Sequence record: MT995927.1
DNA length: 64,000 nt
Strand: one strand, 5' to 3'
Shown here: in pieces, positions 49,977-60,600 of the stretch
How positions within the stretch are numbered: position 1 is the stretch's first letter
Layout: every line of letters begins with the position of its first letter
Position numbers and translations under genes: made by a program
The notes under the pieces: model-generated
Databases searched by the model: none
What the model was told of the DNA's origin: nothing
Seen by the model: only the letters and a program-made list of their open reading frames with translations

Positions 49977-51110
49977 ATGATTATGTTTAAGTACTTAAAA
50001 AATGTTATTGATAGTTTTAACAAACCAAAAAAGGTAGATACATTAGAACAAAAGATAGCTGATCTAAATGATAAATACATCAGAGAAAATGTAGATGTTG
50101 ATAAAATTGATATTTTGTCAGGTTACTTCACAGGAATGCTATCTGGTAAATTACATGATCGAAGTTTAGCATGGGGTTATTATACCAAAGAAACTAAGAC
50201 ATGGATGATTTATTTTGTTGAACAAAATTTTGATTCATTCATGTATAAAGTAACTAATAATTCATTAGATATTATTAATCTAACTGATATAGAAGATCTT
50301 AAATTATTCTATTTTTCTAATGAACAATACTTACCTTTAAATACACCAATCAATAGTGATCTAAATGTGGCTGTAATTTTCACATCAAAATCACTCACTA
50401 AGGATTTCATTGATCCATCTTTAATAGATCAAGTTAAATCAGTTAATAGTAATTACAAGATTGTGATGGATGGGTTATCTGATAATTCCAAATTTGATAG
50501 TAACCCAATAACTCTAATTGTAGAGTCTTATGAAGCAGATGGTGATATCGTCGTAGTTGAACTAACTAATGGTACAACTGTGGCCATCAATAGAAAACTA
50601 CTTAATATGTTTATGTATCAGTCAAGAATAGTTGATACATGTAATAACTCAAAAGTGCTTATAGATTTCAATGGACGGCTAAAGTTCACACCTATGGAGA
50701 ATCATTTAGGTGGTATAAATAGTGCAATGCATTATTGGTCAAGTAATGGAATTATCAAAATTAGGTGTGACTATAGTATCATATTAGATCTAGATAAGTT
50801 TCCAGAGATTGCTAATCATATTGGAAACTGGATACATATTGAAGCTAAGACAATTGCAAAAGTAATTGACTCGGTTGTGGTACCATACTTAACAAATGGG
50901 GAGCTTAGTACGCTCATTGTTGATTTAGATAATATCGATATTCAGTATCGTGGTTTAACATTATCTGGTAATATCAGCTTGCGTGATCGTTTAGATAAAT
51001 GCAAAATCAAACTGATAAATCCATCAACTGATCCATATGAGATACCTAGTCTAAATGGTAAACGTGATGTCCATGGTTTTTATAGAGTAGATGGAAGTTT
51101 ATTAAAATGA
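49977..51110 (+). CDS. hypothetical protein
   Basis: 377 aa ORF, no family recognised. Confidence 0.7.
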   Translation: MIMFKYLKNVIDSFNKPKKVDTLEQKIADLNDKYIRENVDVDKIDILSGYFTGMLSGKLHDRSLAWGYYTKETKTWMIYFVEQNFDSFMYKVTNNSLDIINLTDIEDLKLFYFSNEQYLPLNTPINSDLNVAVIFTSKSLTKDFIDPSLIDQVKSVNSNYKIVMDGLSDNSKFDSNPITLIVESYEADGDIVVVELTNGTTVAINRKLLNMFMYQSRIVDTCNNSKVLIDFNGRLKFTPMENHLGGINSAMHYWSSNGIIKIRCDYSIILDLDKFPEIANHIGNWIHIEAKTIAKVIDSVVVPYLTNGELSTLIVDLDNIDIQYRGLTLSGNISLRDRLDKCKIKLINPSTDPYEIPSLNGKRDVHGFYRVDGSLLK

Positions 51111-51577
51111 TTAAATTAGTGATTAGTCTTTTTTATAAAATAGTTAATGAAAAGATGTCTCCCACATATAAGAAATTAGTTACATTAGATAGAAATGGAT
51201 ACATTTTCAATAATAAACAAGATCTGTATTCGATTAATCTTTCACTCTATCTTGAACTCATTCATTCAGTGACGAATGACTATATTGTTCAAGAAATTAT
51301 AATGTGTCTAAGTTCTAAGCCACAAGCAGTGAAAGAACTATTCCTTGAAGACCTAAGTACTAATAATCAACTACATTATTCATTGTTAGCTTGTAAAATA
51401 ATGAATGAGAGGAAAATCATTAATAAGAATATTAATAAAGCGTGTGCTAAAAATATGGCTACTTTTTTAAAGGGTTATTTCCCAAGAGACTACTTCACTT
51501 GGTATAGTTGTCTCTATTTAGCCCTATCGGCTAAAAATAAAGCTGAGAATAACAAAGTATCTGTTATTAATGAGTAA
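51107..51577 (+). CDS. hypothetical protein
   Basis: coupled ORF. Confidence 0.6.
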   Translation: MIKLVISLFYKIVNEKMSPTYKKLVTLDRNGYIFNNKQDLYSINLSLYLELIHSVTNDYIVQEIIMCLSSKPQAVKELFLEDLSTNNQLHYSLLACKIMNERKIINKNINKACAKNMATFLKGYFPRDYFTWYSCLYLALSAKNKAENNKVSVINE

Positions 51578-51679
51578 ATACAATACTATGTAGTAGTATT
51601 TCTATTACGTACCTTTCGAGGCATATACTCCATGACTTATGTTGTGGGGTATATGTGTTATAATGTTTAAGAGGTTAAA

Positions 51680-52027
51680 ATGCAAAAGCAACTAAATTCT
51701 GATGATCTAGATGTTCTTGACTCCTTTAATGCAGCATGGGAAATTGTTAAGGAAGAACATACTGATCTATTCTCACGTATAGCGATGATGGCTATTAATA
51801 AGTTAACTGATGATGATATCTCAGTCAATGATACTAAAGTAAGTATTCAACAAGTAGTTAATTTCCATGAGCGAATTCGAGATATCATTCCTAGCTCTGA
51901 GATTGTTAATCTTACGATTGTTAAAACTATCTTAGGTGAAATGAATGGTTGGTTAGAATTTGATGAACTTAATGAAGAACTATTTACAGCTTTAGGCAAA
52001 GCTTATAGCACTGTTAACTTTAATTGA
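51680..52027 (+). CDS. acidic helical hypothetical protein
   Basis: SD GAGG. Confidence 0.7.
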   Translation: MQKQLNSDDLDVLDSFNAAWEIVKEEHTDLFSRIAMMAINKLTDDDISVNDTKVSIQQVVNFHERIRDIIPSSEIVNLTIVKTILGEMNGWLEFDELNEELFTALGKAYSTVNFN

Positions 52028-52095
52028 TCATTAATATGAAAATTAAAACAATATAAGTGAGGCATGTGCCTCACTACATAGTAGAGGACTGACAC

Positions 52096-52428
52096 ATGCA
52101 GATTCAATTAGATCCATTAATGGTTTACCATGGCAGCACTAGATCTTTATTTGATGAAGATTCTAGTTTAAATGTTGTCGATGTAAGAGGCATTCAATTA
52201 AATGCTGAAGGGATAGCTGATAATAAAAATTACTATTTTGATTATGGACGTAAGAAAGATGATGATGGTGAAATACTCACTATTTACGTACATGATCGAA
52301 ATGCAGCTAAAGATTTTATTGTACTATACGTTGAATTCCATTTAGATACACATAAATTTCATACGTATGTACATCCACAATATCGGCATAAATTTCCAGT
52401 ATTAGTACTGGAATTATTATTTGTTTAA
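52096..52428 (+). CDS. hypothetical protein
   Basis: SD GAGG; hairpin 52434-52456 follows. Confidence 0.7.
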   Translation: MQIQLDPLMVYHGSTRSLFDEDSSLNVVDVRGIQLNAEGIADNKNYYFDYGRKKDDDGEILTIYVHDRNAAKDFIVLYVEFHLDTHKFHTYVHPQYRHKFPVLVLELLFV

Positions 52429-52616
52429 CATTAAGGGACTCTCATTAAGAGTCCCTATTTATTTTGCGTAAATACATGTATGAAAAAGAAAGCATTTATT
52501 GAAACTAGCCTAAAATATTCAAACACCAAATATAACAAAGCGATTATCTGTAATGAAATAAAATTCAAACAGTACTAAACATACTAACCCTATGAATTAA
52601 AACGCACGGTGGTTGT

Positions 52617-53015
52617 ATGAAAATCTATGGTTCTTCTTTTCATGAGGTCACACTAGAATATGGAAAACCCTTTATACGCAATGGGGTTTTAAAACATTTA
52701 CCTGATCTAGGTACACCAGACTTAGGATGGACTGATTTTAATATCCTTGAAATTATTCCAGGACCAGGTTATATCGATAAGAATACTCTAAACTTTTATA
52801 AAGAAAGAGATTGCTTATTTCCAGCAATCGTCAGGTTTACTGTATTTGAAGAAGAGCGTAATCGTATTATATCAACAATTAATGTTGATCTGGCGAAAAA
52901 GGAATTAGAGTGGAATAAGACTGATCGTTTTTGGGAAATCGAAAACTTTGCAATTAGATTCCAATTAACTCAAAATCCTTATTCAGTTTTATGGGCATCC
53001 AATGGATCACTATAG
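52617..53015 (+). CDS. hypothetical protein
   Basis: 132 aa ORF. Confidence 0.65.
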   Translation: MKIYGSSFHEVTLEYGKPFIRNGVLKHLPDLGTPDLGWTDFNILEIIPGPGYIDKNTLNFYKERDCLFPAIVRFTVFEEERNRIISTINVDLAKKELEWNKTDRFWEIENFAIRFQLTQNPYSVLWASNGSL

Positions 53016-53436
53016 GTGTCATATGCTTACAATGGTTCCGTTATACCCTGGTGTGAGAGGATATCTTGAAGACTCGGTATTTTCAAAGAATGGGATTAAT
53101 GATATTGGTTATCATAAATGGCTATCCCCTAAACGAGTGGTAGGTCCAGATGGACTAATCATTAGTGAGGTAAAGATAACTCCACGTATAGCCAGAATGG
53201 AAGGCGAAGTAATTCTTAAAGTATGGGATAAATGGCGAAGAGCCCAGCCTAAGCTAGTTGCTACTGTGTATATTGATCCTAAAGATAATTCATACAGGGT
53301 AGAAGTAGAGCCTTTTTATGCATGTCGTCGGATATTACTTGAAGTGGATTTATGGGCTCAAGTAATACCTGGTGACCGTGCACCATTTGTAAATGACTCT
53401 GTAGATGGTACATGGGCATCAAGAGATATTATTTAA
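53002..53436 (+). CDS. hypothetical protein
   Basis: 144 aa ORF. Confidence 0.65.
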   Translation: MDHYRCHMLTMVPLYPGVRGYLEDSVFSKNGINDIGYHKWLSPKRVVGPDGLIISEVKITPRIARMEGEVILKVWDKWRRAQPKLVATVYIDPKDNSYRVEVEPFYACRRILLEVDLWAQVIPGDRAPFVNDSVDGTWASRDII

Positions 53437-53732
53437 TGCTTATACCAATTAAACTTCGTAAGACATTTAAAAGACTGGGCAAAAGACATTCTAAAAGAGT
53501 GTTGGCTGCCCAGTCATCTTTTCTGCCGTTTGGTGAATTAACGTTGAGGAAGCAAAGAATGCCTAAGAAAAATAAAGAATATATTCTTGATGTTATTGAT
53601 ACTAATACTAAAGAACTACAGGCACAGATTAATACGTTAAGTGAACTTGTATGTGAGCAACAGAAACAAATTAGTTTACTAAACAGAACACTAGTTGAGT
53701 TACAAGATAATTTGAAAAAAGATAGGGATTAA
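53412..53732 (+). CDS. hypothetical coiled-coil protein (start uncertain)
   Basis: C-terminal heptad pattern. Confidence 0.55.
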   Translation: MGIKRYYLMLIPIKLRKTFKRLGKRHSKRVLAAQSSFLPFGELTLRKQRMPKKNKEYILDVIDTNTKELQAQINTLSELVCEQQKQISLLNRTLVELQDNLKKDRD

Positions 53733-53734
53733 AA

Positions 53735-54064
53735 ATGAATGTAGATTATGTGTACCTACTTTTGACCTTATTCTGGATAGTTGTTTTATTTTCATTTAGC
53801 TATGTATCTCAACGTTATAAACGAATTAAAGAAAAACGAAGAGCTGATTTTCTAGTTAAAAGAAAATTAGTATATAATTATTTCAAAGTAACAGATCCTT
53901 CTGAATTAACTAATGATTCTATAGAAAGTATCATACTTAAATTAATTGGTGATAATTATAGAAAATTAACAGATATACAGAAAGTAGTAATTAGGGCAGC
54001 AGCAGCTCGTGGTTATATGAATAACCCTAATAAACCAATTGGCAAACATTTGAAATATATGTGA
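53735..54064 (+). CDS. membrane-anchored hypothetical protein
   Basis: N-terminal TM YVYLLLTLFWIVVLFSF. Confidence 0.65.
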   Translation: MNVDYVYLLLTLFWIVVLFSFSYVSQRYKRIKEKRRADFLVKRKLVYNYFKVTDPSELTNDSIESIILKLIGDNYRKLTDIQKVVIRAAAARGYMNNPNKPIGKHLKYM

Positions 54065-54074
54065 GTTATAAAAA

Positions 54075-54590
54075 ATGTCAGAAAACTGCCCGTTATATAT
54101 AGCTGCTATTAAAAAAGATCTTTTAAAAACAACAGGTTTGTATAAACCTTATAGTGATTCACCAATAGCTGTGGTTAGTAATGAAACCAGTAAGTGGCAT
54201 GTAATGCTAAATATGTTACGACATGGTTGGGAATGGATTGAAATACCTGATGGTGAGATTAAACAACCGGAAAGCTACCATGACTATGTTATTCTAGCAT
54301 TAACCACTGTATTAACTGATACTTTAGATTATAAAAATGATCCTAACTCTGACAAATATATCAAGCAAATAATCTGTACTGATATAGCACTAAAAGTTGA
54401 ATATGATAAATTAATCAATGTGTTAGAGACAAGTAACGAGTTAGATTTAGCTGATGAATACACCTTTACTAAACAAGGTAATCTCAGAGGATATTTTCAT
54501 TATGATGAGTATTATGGTTTAGATGTACTGGCATGTGCATCTTATGTGATCTGTTCACATATCGAACTAACACCTAGAAATGTTAAATAA
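54075..54590 (+). CDS. hypothetical protein
   Basis: 171 aa ORF. Confidence 0.65.
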   Translation: MSENCPLYIAAIKKDLLKTTGLYKPYSDSPIAVVSNETSKWHVMLNMLRHGWEWIEIPDGEIKQPESYHDYVILALTTVLTDTLDYKNDPNSDKYIKQIICTDIALKVEYDKLINVLETSNELDLADEYTFTKQGNLRGYFHYDEYYGLDVLACASYVICSHIELTPRNVK

Positions 54591-54602
54591 TAGGAACTAC
54601 TG

Positions 54603-55202
54603 ATGAAAAAACGTACCGCTTATATCGATCGTGCTAAATTCCGAGATTTTCTAGCCGAGAAAAAAATTAGCGTAAGTAGCCGACAGTGGATTGAAAAGAG
54701 CCATCCAGATCATAAAGAATATTACAAGGCAATCCTAGATTACGTCGTATCTAATGTAAAATTCAAAGAAGAACGTTATATTGAAAAGGCAAATGAGGTT
54801 ATTATTAATGGGTGTATTCGATATCATCTACCCATTCACGCTCAACGTGCACTAACTGTAGTTGAAGAAGAATTCATTAATAATGCTAGTCTTCAATTTA
54901 CTTATCTGAATGACAATGATACTAATATTGCCAATATTAACTTTGAAGAAGTTCTTGATGCACAAGTAACTGAGAATGAAACTGAACTAAGACAAAGTTG
55001 GGAATATGTCAATTGTGATATCAACCCATCAGAATACTTTATTGATGTTGTTGATGTACCAGAAGAACTAATTCTTCGTCTATCTGTATTCCGTTTTGTA
55101 CACAGTATCAAGAAACTGGAAGTAAAAGATAAGTTAGATCTTGCCGATGTTGTAGGTAAAGATCTAGTTATTGAAGATGGTAACGTTAAGGTTGTAGAAT
55201 GA
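54603..55202 (+). CDS. hypothetical protein
   Basis: 199 aa ORF. Confidence 0.7.
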   Translation: MKKRTAYIDRAKFRDFLAEKKISVSSRQWIEKSHPDHKEYYKAILDYVVSNVKFKEERYIEKANEVIINGCIRYHLPIHAQRALTVVEEEFINNASLQFTYLNDNDTNIANINFEEVLDAQVTENETELRQSWEYVNCDINPSEYFIDVVDVPEELILRLSVFRFVHSIKKLEVKDKLDLADVVGKDLVIEDGNVKVVE

Positions 55203-55255
55203 TTTAAGGCTATTTTAGTAGCTTTATATTCTGATCTTAGCAACCTAGGTACAAC

Positions 55256-55624
55256 GTGATGCAATGTTTAACACACGTAATGAAGTTAGTGGCCGTATTA
55301 AGTACGTTGTTATACGTATCAAACCCACTAGCTGCATCGTTGGTAGTTGACGAGAATTACTGTAATGGTGTTGCACTTATAGCACATGCCACAGCAGAAG
55401 CACGTCAGCGTAAAACACCCATTTTACAATGGGAAGAAAACCTACGATCCCTAAAAGGGTACGGCGTGAAGAACAAAGATAACGTTCTTTACAATGTTCT
55501 CCCAGCAGCAATTAAAGAGGTGCACGTTGTGTATTCACGTAGACAAAGCCCACGTGATGCATACGTTACATCATTTAAAACCTGTATGGATAACAACTAC
55601 GGTAAAGCTGTGGTTGTAAAATAA
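55256..55624 (+). CDS. predicted exported protein
   Basis: signal-peptide-like LVAVLSTLLYVSNPLAA; hairpin 55627-55646 follows. Confidence 0.65.
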   Translation: MMQCLTHVMKLVAVLSTLLYVSNPLAASLVVDENYCNGVALIAHATAEARQRKTPILQWEENLRSLKGYGVKNKDNVLYNVLPAAIKEVHVVYSRRQSPRDAYVTSFKTCMDNNYGKAVVVK

Positions 55625-55659
55625 ATACCAGCCCTTCGGGGCTGGTTTATTTCATCTAG

Positions 55660-55977
55660 ATGAGAATCTGTGGGTTGCAAATGTATAAAGTATTTGTTAT
55701 ATCAATGATAACACTAACGGCTATATCAACATGTGTAACTTTCATTATTAATATAAAAAATCATTATATTCACTGGATGGGTGTTTATAAGGTTAGATAT
55801 GTATTAGATAAAATGCCCAATGGCATAAGTTATTTTTTCTATCAAAATGCTGTCCAAGACATTATAGATAAAGAATCATCTAAAATAACAAATCAACATA
55901 TTTTTACATCTTTTATTTACGATATCAACTCATTGATTATATTAAAATGTAATAATAGGGAAACAGCAAATGAATGA
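55660..55977 (+). CDS. membrane-anchored hypothetical protein
   Basis: N-terminal hydrophobic segment. Confidence 0.5.
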   Translation: MRICGLQMYKVFVISMITLTAISTCVTFIINIKNHYIHWMGVYKVRYVLDKMPNGISYFFYQNAVQDIIDKESSKITNQHIFTSFIYDINSLIILKCNNRETANE

Positions 55978-56260
55978 TATCATGACAGTAATTATAGGTA
56001 TTTTGTTTCTGATTATAATGATGGCTTTAATTAACTGGGGTTATTATGCCATCAAACACACGATAAAGTGTAACAGGCTTTATAAAGAAGCACTATCAAT
56101 TATTGACAATATGAGTGATGGTTTATCTGAATACCAGTATACAGTAGCTATTGGACGTTTACGTAAAAAGGCATACTCTATCGACCATTTAACTGCTGTT
56201 AAAATGTTTGAAGCATTAGACTTAGTTATTAAAGATAAGTCAAGAAAGAAAAATAAATAA
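55970..56260 (+). CDS. membrane-anchored hypothetical protein
   Basis: N-terminal TM IMTVIIGILFLIIMMALI; hairpin 56269-56290 follows. Confidence 0.6.
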   Translation: MNDIMTVIIGILFLIIMMALINWGYYAIKHTIKCNRLYKEALSIIDNMSDGLSEYQYTVAIGRLRKKAYSIDHLTAVKMFEALDLVIKDKSRKKNK

Positions 56261-56300
56261 GCATAAATAGGAGAGCTATTTAGCTCTCCTTTATTGCATT

Positions 56301-56325
56301 AAATTTTTTTTGAAATCTATATTAC
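56301..56325 (+). promoter_or_regulatory. early promoter (TATATTAC 56318-56325)
   Basis: AAATTTTTTTTGAAATCTATATTAC. Confidence 0.75.
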
Positions 56326-56361
56326 ATATTTGGTCAAGTCATATCAAAATAGGTAGTTATA

Positions 56362-56535
56362 ATGCTAGCATTACATTCACTACTATTATTAGTTATAGTG
56401 ATTTGTTATATAATTCATAAGTGGTTGTGGTATACTTTCAATATGTTTAAACTAAAAGACATTATTAAAAATAAAGACAATTTAACTAATGATGAACTAT
56501 TAAAATTACTCATTGATAAAATAAAGGCAACCTAA
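56362..56535 (+). CDS. 57-aa membrane protein (MLALHSLLLLVIVICYII...)
   Basis: own translation; first ORF after early promoter; stop overlaps next ATG. Confidence 0.6.
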   Translation: MLALHSLLLLVIVICYIIHKWLWYTFNMFKLKDIIKNKDNLTNDELLKLLIDKIKAT

Positions 56536-57002
56536 TGTATCCATTCTTTACAGGTAATGAGAAAGTTACTGTAGATGTTCTTGATGATAAACATAATCTA
56601 CACAGAAGCTGGACAGATTATAAACATCCCATCACGACGCGTGTGGATGGTAAACTAACTAATGTGTGGTATAAAGTTGAACCACCGATGAGTGCTAAGG
56701 ATATTGAAAATAACTTTACAATTGACAAAGATAAAGTTAAATTATCTAATCGTTTGCACCAGGCTTTAGATGCATCGTTGATTAAAAATGAATTAGATGA
56801 GTTTAACAAATTAATTGAGCTATGCGTAAAACATGTTAATTCAGTTAGTATTCATCTAGGCCTTACTATTTGGAAATTAGCAGATACTGTAAAATATGAA
56901 AAAGCAGATTTAAAGAAATTATTTAATGTGCATTATACCAAATCTACTGAACTTGTAAAAGAAAAGAATATAGTGCCCTCAGTAGAAGATATCTTCCTAT
57001 AA
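56535..57002 (+). CDS. hypothetical protein
   Basis: 155 aa ORF. Confidence 0.65.
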   Translation: MYPFFTGNEKVTVDVLDDKHNLHRSWTDYKHPITTRVDGKLTNVWYKVEPPMSAKDIENNFTIDKDKVKLSNRLHQALDASLIKNELDEFNKLIELCVKHVNSVSIHLGLTIWKLADTVKYEKADLKKLFNVHYTKSTELVKEKNIVPSVEDIFL

Positions 57003-57024
57003 TTTATTTAAAGGTAATACAAAT

Positions 57025-57933
57025 ATGCTTAAGGTAAAATCATTACTCACTGGCCATATTCTTCGAGCTACCTATGATTGGTTTCTTGAAAATAACTTCA
57101 GAGATATTCTAATTGTAGCACATACTCAATTAGTACCTGATTTATCTGAGGTAGCTCTAAAGCATGCGAAAGAAGATCACACTATCACTTTCAATATCCA
57201 TCCACGCTGTGCAAAGAATTTTTATATCAGTGACGAATATATCTCTTTCAATGTAACAGTAAATGGAGTTGGGGTCAGTATTAAACTTCCTCTTTATGCA
57301 GTATTGGGTGTAGTTACACCTATTGATGATAATTCTAACGCATTCTTTGAAATGCCGCTAGTAGATAGATATCTCAATGCAGATACTATTCGTGCAACAT
57401 TAGAAGGAACTGTTAATAATGTAGTTGACAAAAACCCAGTATTAACTACTGTAGGTAATGTCACTGAGGTTAATTTTAAAAATAAAGCCGATACCACTAA
57501 TGGTAAGTTAGTTGTAAGGAATACATCTGAGAATGAGCATGATCAGATGATTGAAAACGCCATTAACAGAGTAACTGAATTTAGTAATCCAGAATTAGAT
57601 GCACATATTAGAGTAGCGGTAACTGCAATTAAACAGAATGCACCAGAATTAATTATGGATTGGTGTGAACGGGTTATTAATTGTACACGTAATGAAAACT
57701 ATCAGGATAACATCAATGTACTTATGATGGAACTCCTCAGTTACCCTATTTCAAATGTGATTAGTGAATCAACTGTTGACTCAGGTGATGATACATCTAA
57801 TTCATTTGACAATGATGTAAATAAGATGGTTGAGGATTTCAATAATTCTTCCAATTCGCAGGTCATTATTAATAAACCTTCTCGTCCTACTGGTCCACCA
57901 AAACTCACTGTTATTAAAGGTGGTAAGAAATGA
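57025..57933 (+). CDS. sspB: SspB (ClpXP adaptor)-like protein with large internal insertion
   Basis: LRATYDWFLEN..ITFNIHP..ISFN..V.LPLYAVLGV SspB core; C-terminal KLTVIKGGKK like ClpX-binding LRVVK. Confidence 0.8.
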   Translation: MLKVKSLLTGHILRATYDWFLENNFRDILIVAHTQLVPDLSEVALKHAKEDHTITFNIHPRCAKNFYISDEYISFNVTVNGVGVSIKLPLYAVLGVVTPIDDNSNAFFEMPLVDRYLNADTIRATLEGTVNNVVDKNPVLTTVGNVTEVNFKNKADTTNGKLVVRNTSENEHDQMIENAINRVTEFSNPELDAHIRVAVTAIKQNAPELIMDWCERVINCTRNENYQDNINVLMMELLSYPISNVISESTVDSGDDTSNSFDNDVNKMVEDFNNSSNSQVIINKPSRPTGPPKLTVIKGGKK

Positions 57934-58187
57934 ATGTAACTTTAGCAATTCTTTTTAGTAGTATCAGTATCGCTGGTTATCAAGCCAATGGTGCATCGCA
58001 GTCAACCACTGAGTTCTCTGACATGACTACTTGTTTTAGCGCGATTGAGCGTATTCAAAAACTAGCTAAAGCAAGTGCTATTCGTAATAATGTAGAGACT
58101 GTAAAAATCAGCGATGGTGTTCTATTACGTTATTTTTCTTCTAGTACCAGTAAAGTAGAACATACTCTAATCTGTGTAAATAAATAG
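57930..58187 (+). CDS. small predicted exported protein
   Basis: signal-peptide-like N-terminus, two Cys. Confidence 0.6.
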   Translation: MNVTLAILFSSISIAGYQANGASQSTTEFSDMTTCFSAIERIQKLAKASAIRNNVETVKISDGVLLRYFSSSTSKVEHTLICVNK

Positions 58188-58195
58188 GTACGGAT

Positions 58196-58903
58196 ATGTC
58201 TGAGAAAATGTATTTATCTTTTTCTGGAATTGGACACAATGACGTAATCAAACAAGATCTTAATGGATTCATTCCAATGGATGTATCAACTATTGATACT
58301 GAAGTGGCTGATCGATTATTTTATACTCCATTCAATAGTTCTGAACCAGATACGTCATTACCTAATGTTGCTAATGTGGTATTCAAGGTATTGCCTATCC
58401 ATATCGAGGATAACACTATCTGTGTTTTAGATAGTTGTTCTAGTACCGAATACTCATTGAATGACCTAGTTGATACCAGTGTCTCATCATTAGAAACATA
58501 TGGACCATTATTAGATTTACGTAGTAGTGATCCAATTGAGACATATGCTAATCAGGCAGTGTATACTTGGTTAAATAAGAATATCTGTAATATCGAATTT
58601 GAAGTACATGGCGGGTTGCAAGTGCAACTAACTGCTGACCAAGTACGTTCCAATGTTAATGCATTTGTAGCAGGTATTGATCTTGACATCGACGATAAAT
58701 TGATGGTATATGTGGTGATTAAAATCAATGATCGTTTATACGATGCTTGGTCTAGTCAACATGTGGTGGAACCATTAACAATGTATCATGTGCAAGGTGG
58801 CCATGAACCTATTGTCTATAGTGAAACCCATATTGAAAATAGCCTATTGCGATATGCCAAAGAGAAAGGTTGGGCTGAAATTTTGACTCGTATTGGTCTG
58901 TAA
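58196..58903 (+). CDS. hypothetical protein
   Basis: 235 aa ORF; hairpin 58968-58987 follows. Confidence 0.65.
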   Translation: MSEKMYLSFSGIGHNDVIKQDLNGFIPMDVSTIDTEVADRLFYTPFNSSEPDTSLPNVANVVFKVLPIHIEDNTICVLDSCSSTEYSLNDLVDTSVSSLETYGPLLDLRSSDPIETYANQAVYTWLNKNICNIEFEVHGGLQVQLTADQVRSNVNAFVAGIDLDIDDKLMVYVVIKINDRLYDAWSSQHVVEPLTMYHVQGGHEPIVYSETHIENSLLRYAKEKGWAEILTRIGL

Positions 58904-59008
58904 TAAAAATACTTTTAATAGATTAATATTATAGGCAAAATACTGGCCGATTGGTTAGTTGCGCTTAGGGAGTCCTTCGGGACTCCCGTATACCGTCTAG
59001 GAGGTTTT

Positions 59009-59302
59009 ATGTATACAGTTACACTTGAACAAGTAGGACACCGTATACAGTCTAGTTTAAGTGCTTTTGTAATTAGACCGTTTGAAAATACCATTACGCA
59101 TAATGATACGTCTTATTACTTGATCATGGGTAAAGATGATTTCGATAACATGCACATGGAATGGCGAGATGTAGCTGTAGTTGATAGTCAAGCCGTTATA
59201 GTTGCTACATACACTCCATCGAAAAACTCATTTAATCTTGTAAAAAATGAATTAGGTATTCCAGTTAATATCAAATACAAACGGATAGAGGTTGATCTAT
59301 GA
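59009..59302 (+). CDS. hypothetical protein
   Basis: SD AGGAGG. Confidence 0.7.
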   Translation: MYTVTLEQVGHRIQSSLSAFVIRPFENTITHNDTSYYLIMGKDDFDNMHMEWRDVAVVDSQAVIVATYTPSKNSFNLVKNELGIPVNIKYKRIEVDL

Positions 59303-59329
59303 TTACCAGTAAGGTTAGAGGAATGAAGT

Positions 59330-59530
59330 ATGGATCGTCTTGATGAAAGAATCGCATTCAGTGTAAAGTCGTACAAAATTTTCAATGCTCTCACCCATGG
59401 TCGAGTTCGGGCATTGATTATTAACTTTAAAGATGGTAAGGGTACGATCGTATCTATTAGTGATGATCGCCGCCATGATAAACATCTCTGGTTCAACTGT
59501 GGACTAGTAGACAATCCGAGGATCAAGTAA
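59330..59530 (+). CDS. small hypothetical protein
   Basis: stop overlaps thyA ATG. Confidence 0.6.
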   Translation: MDRLDERIAFSVKSYKIFNALTHGRVRALIINFKDGKGTIVSISDDRRHDKHLWFNCGLVDNPRIK

Positions 59531-60600
59531 TGGAACAATATCTTAATTCAATTCGTTTAGTTAAAGAACACGGTGTGCATAAAGGTGACCGTACTGGTAC
59601 TGGTACTCAGAGCATGTTTGGTCAACAAGAACGTTATAGTTTACGTAACAACGTTCTACCCGTAGTAACTACTAAGAAAATTCATCTTCCATCTGTTATC
59701 CATGAATTGTTCTGGATGCTTTCTGGTGATACTCGTGTAGATTATTTAATTGAAAATGGCGTACGCATTTGGAATGAATGGGTTAAACCAAATACCGCGA
59801 TGTATCGTGAGTTAAATCAAGAAGAGCTTGACTCAGCTATTCTAAAGAAAGTTGGTGGTCCATTTGCTCTTTATTTCCATTCTCTAGATGATGACGTAAT
59901 CATTTATACTAGAGATGATTTCGAGGTGTCTTTAAATAATGATGAGAAAGTTAGCTTTTGGAATCAATATCCAACCATTAATATCGAAGCTACCCATGTA
60001 GTTGGTGTTAACGCCGACCGCTGGAAGTTAGTATCTACTCTAGATTTCGATGAAAGTGTGACACCAGAACTAATTAAATATGAATATGGTAAACGACTAT
60101 ATAAATTGCTATTTGGTGTTAAGCCTCTAAAACTCATCGGGGGTGATCTAGGTGCCGTTTACGGTAAGACATGGCGTGATCTCGAAGATACCCGTGTGAT
60201 CCCAAAACACGAGTGGGCTGTTTACGAGGCACGTGGCTTTGACTTCGTAGTTGATATTCCAGGTACTTACATGGAGAATGATCGGTGTGTTGTAACACGT
60301 CGTATTGATCAAATTCAAGACGTGATTGATCAACTTAAGACAAACCCTGATTCCCGTCGAATCATCGTTTGTGCGTGGTCACCGCAACTCGTTGATGAAC
60401 AGGCGCTCCCACCATGTCATAGCTTCTTTCAGTTCTGGACTCGTGAACTGACGCTAGAAGAACGGTATGACTGGGTCAAACTTAACGACACTGAAGCTCA
60501 ACGTATTTTCCTTGAAGGTGCGCAACCGGAAACTGATCACGCACTGTGGGATAAACTTGGTGTTCCTAAACGTGCATTGAGCTGCCAGCTCTACCAGCGT
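59530..60600 (+). CDS. thyA: thymidylate synthase exon 1 (spliced product 457 aa)
   Basis: DRTGTGT, VTTKK, IWNEW, GDLGAVYG, NPDSRRII, ALPPCH, SCQLYQR. Confidence 0.95.

Noticed and set aside
58196-58903. Possible degenerate Nudix-like fold
   Set aside because: No Nudix box seen; resemblance too weak to support
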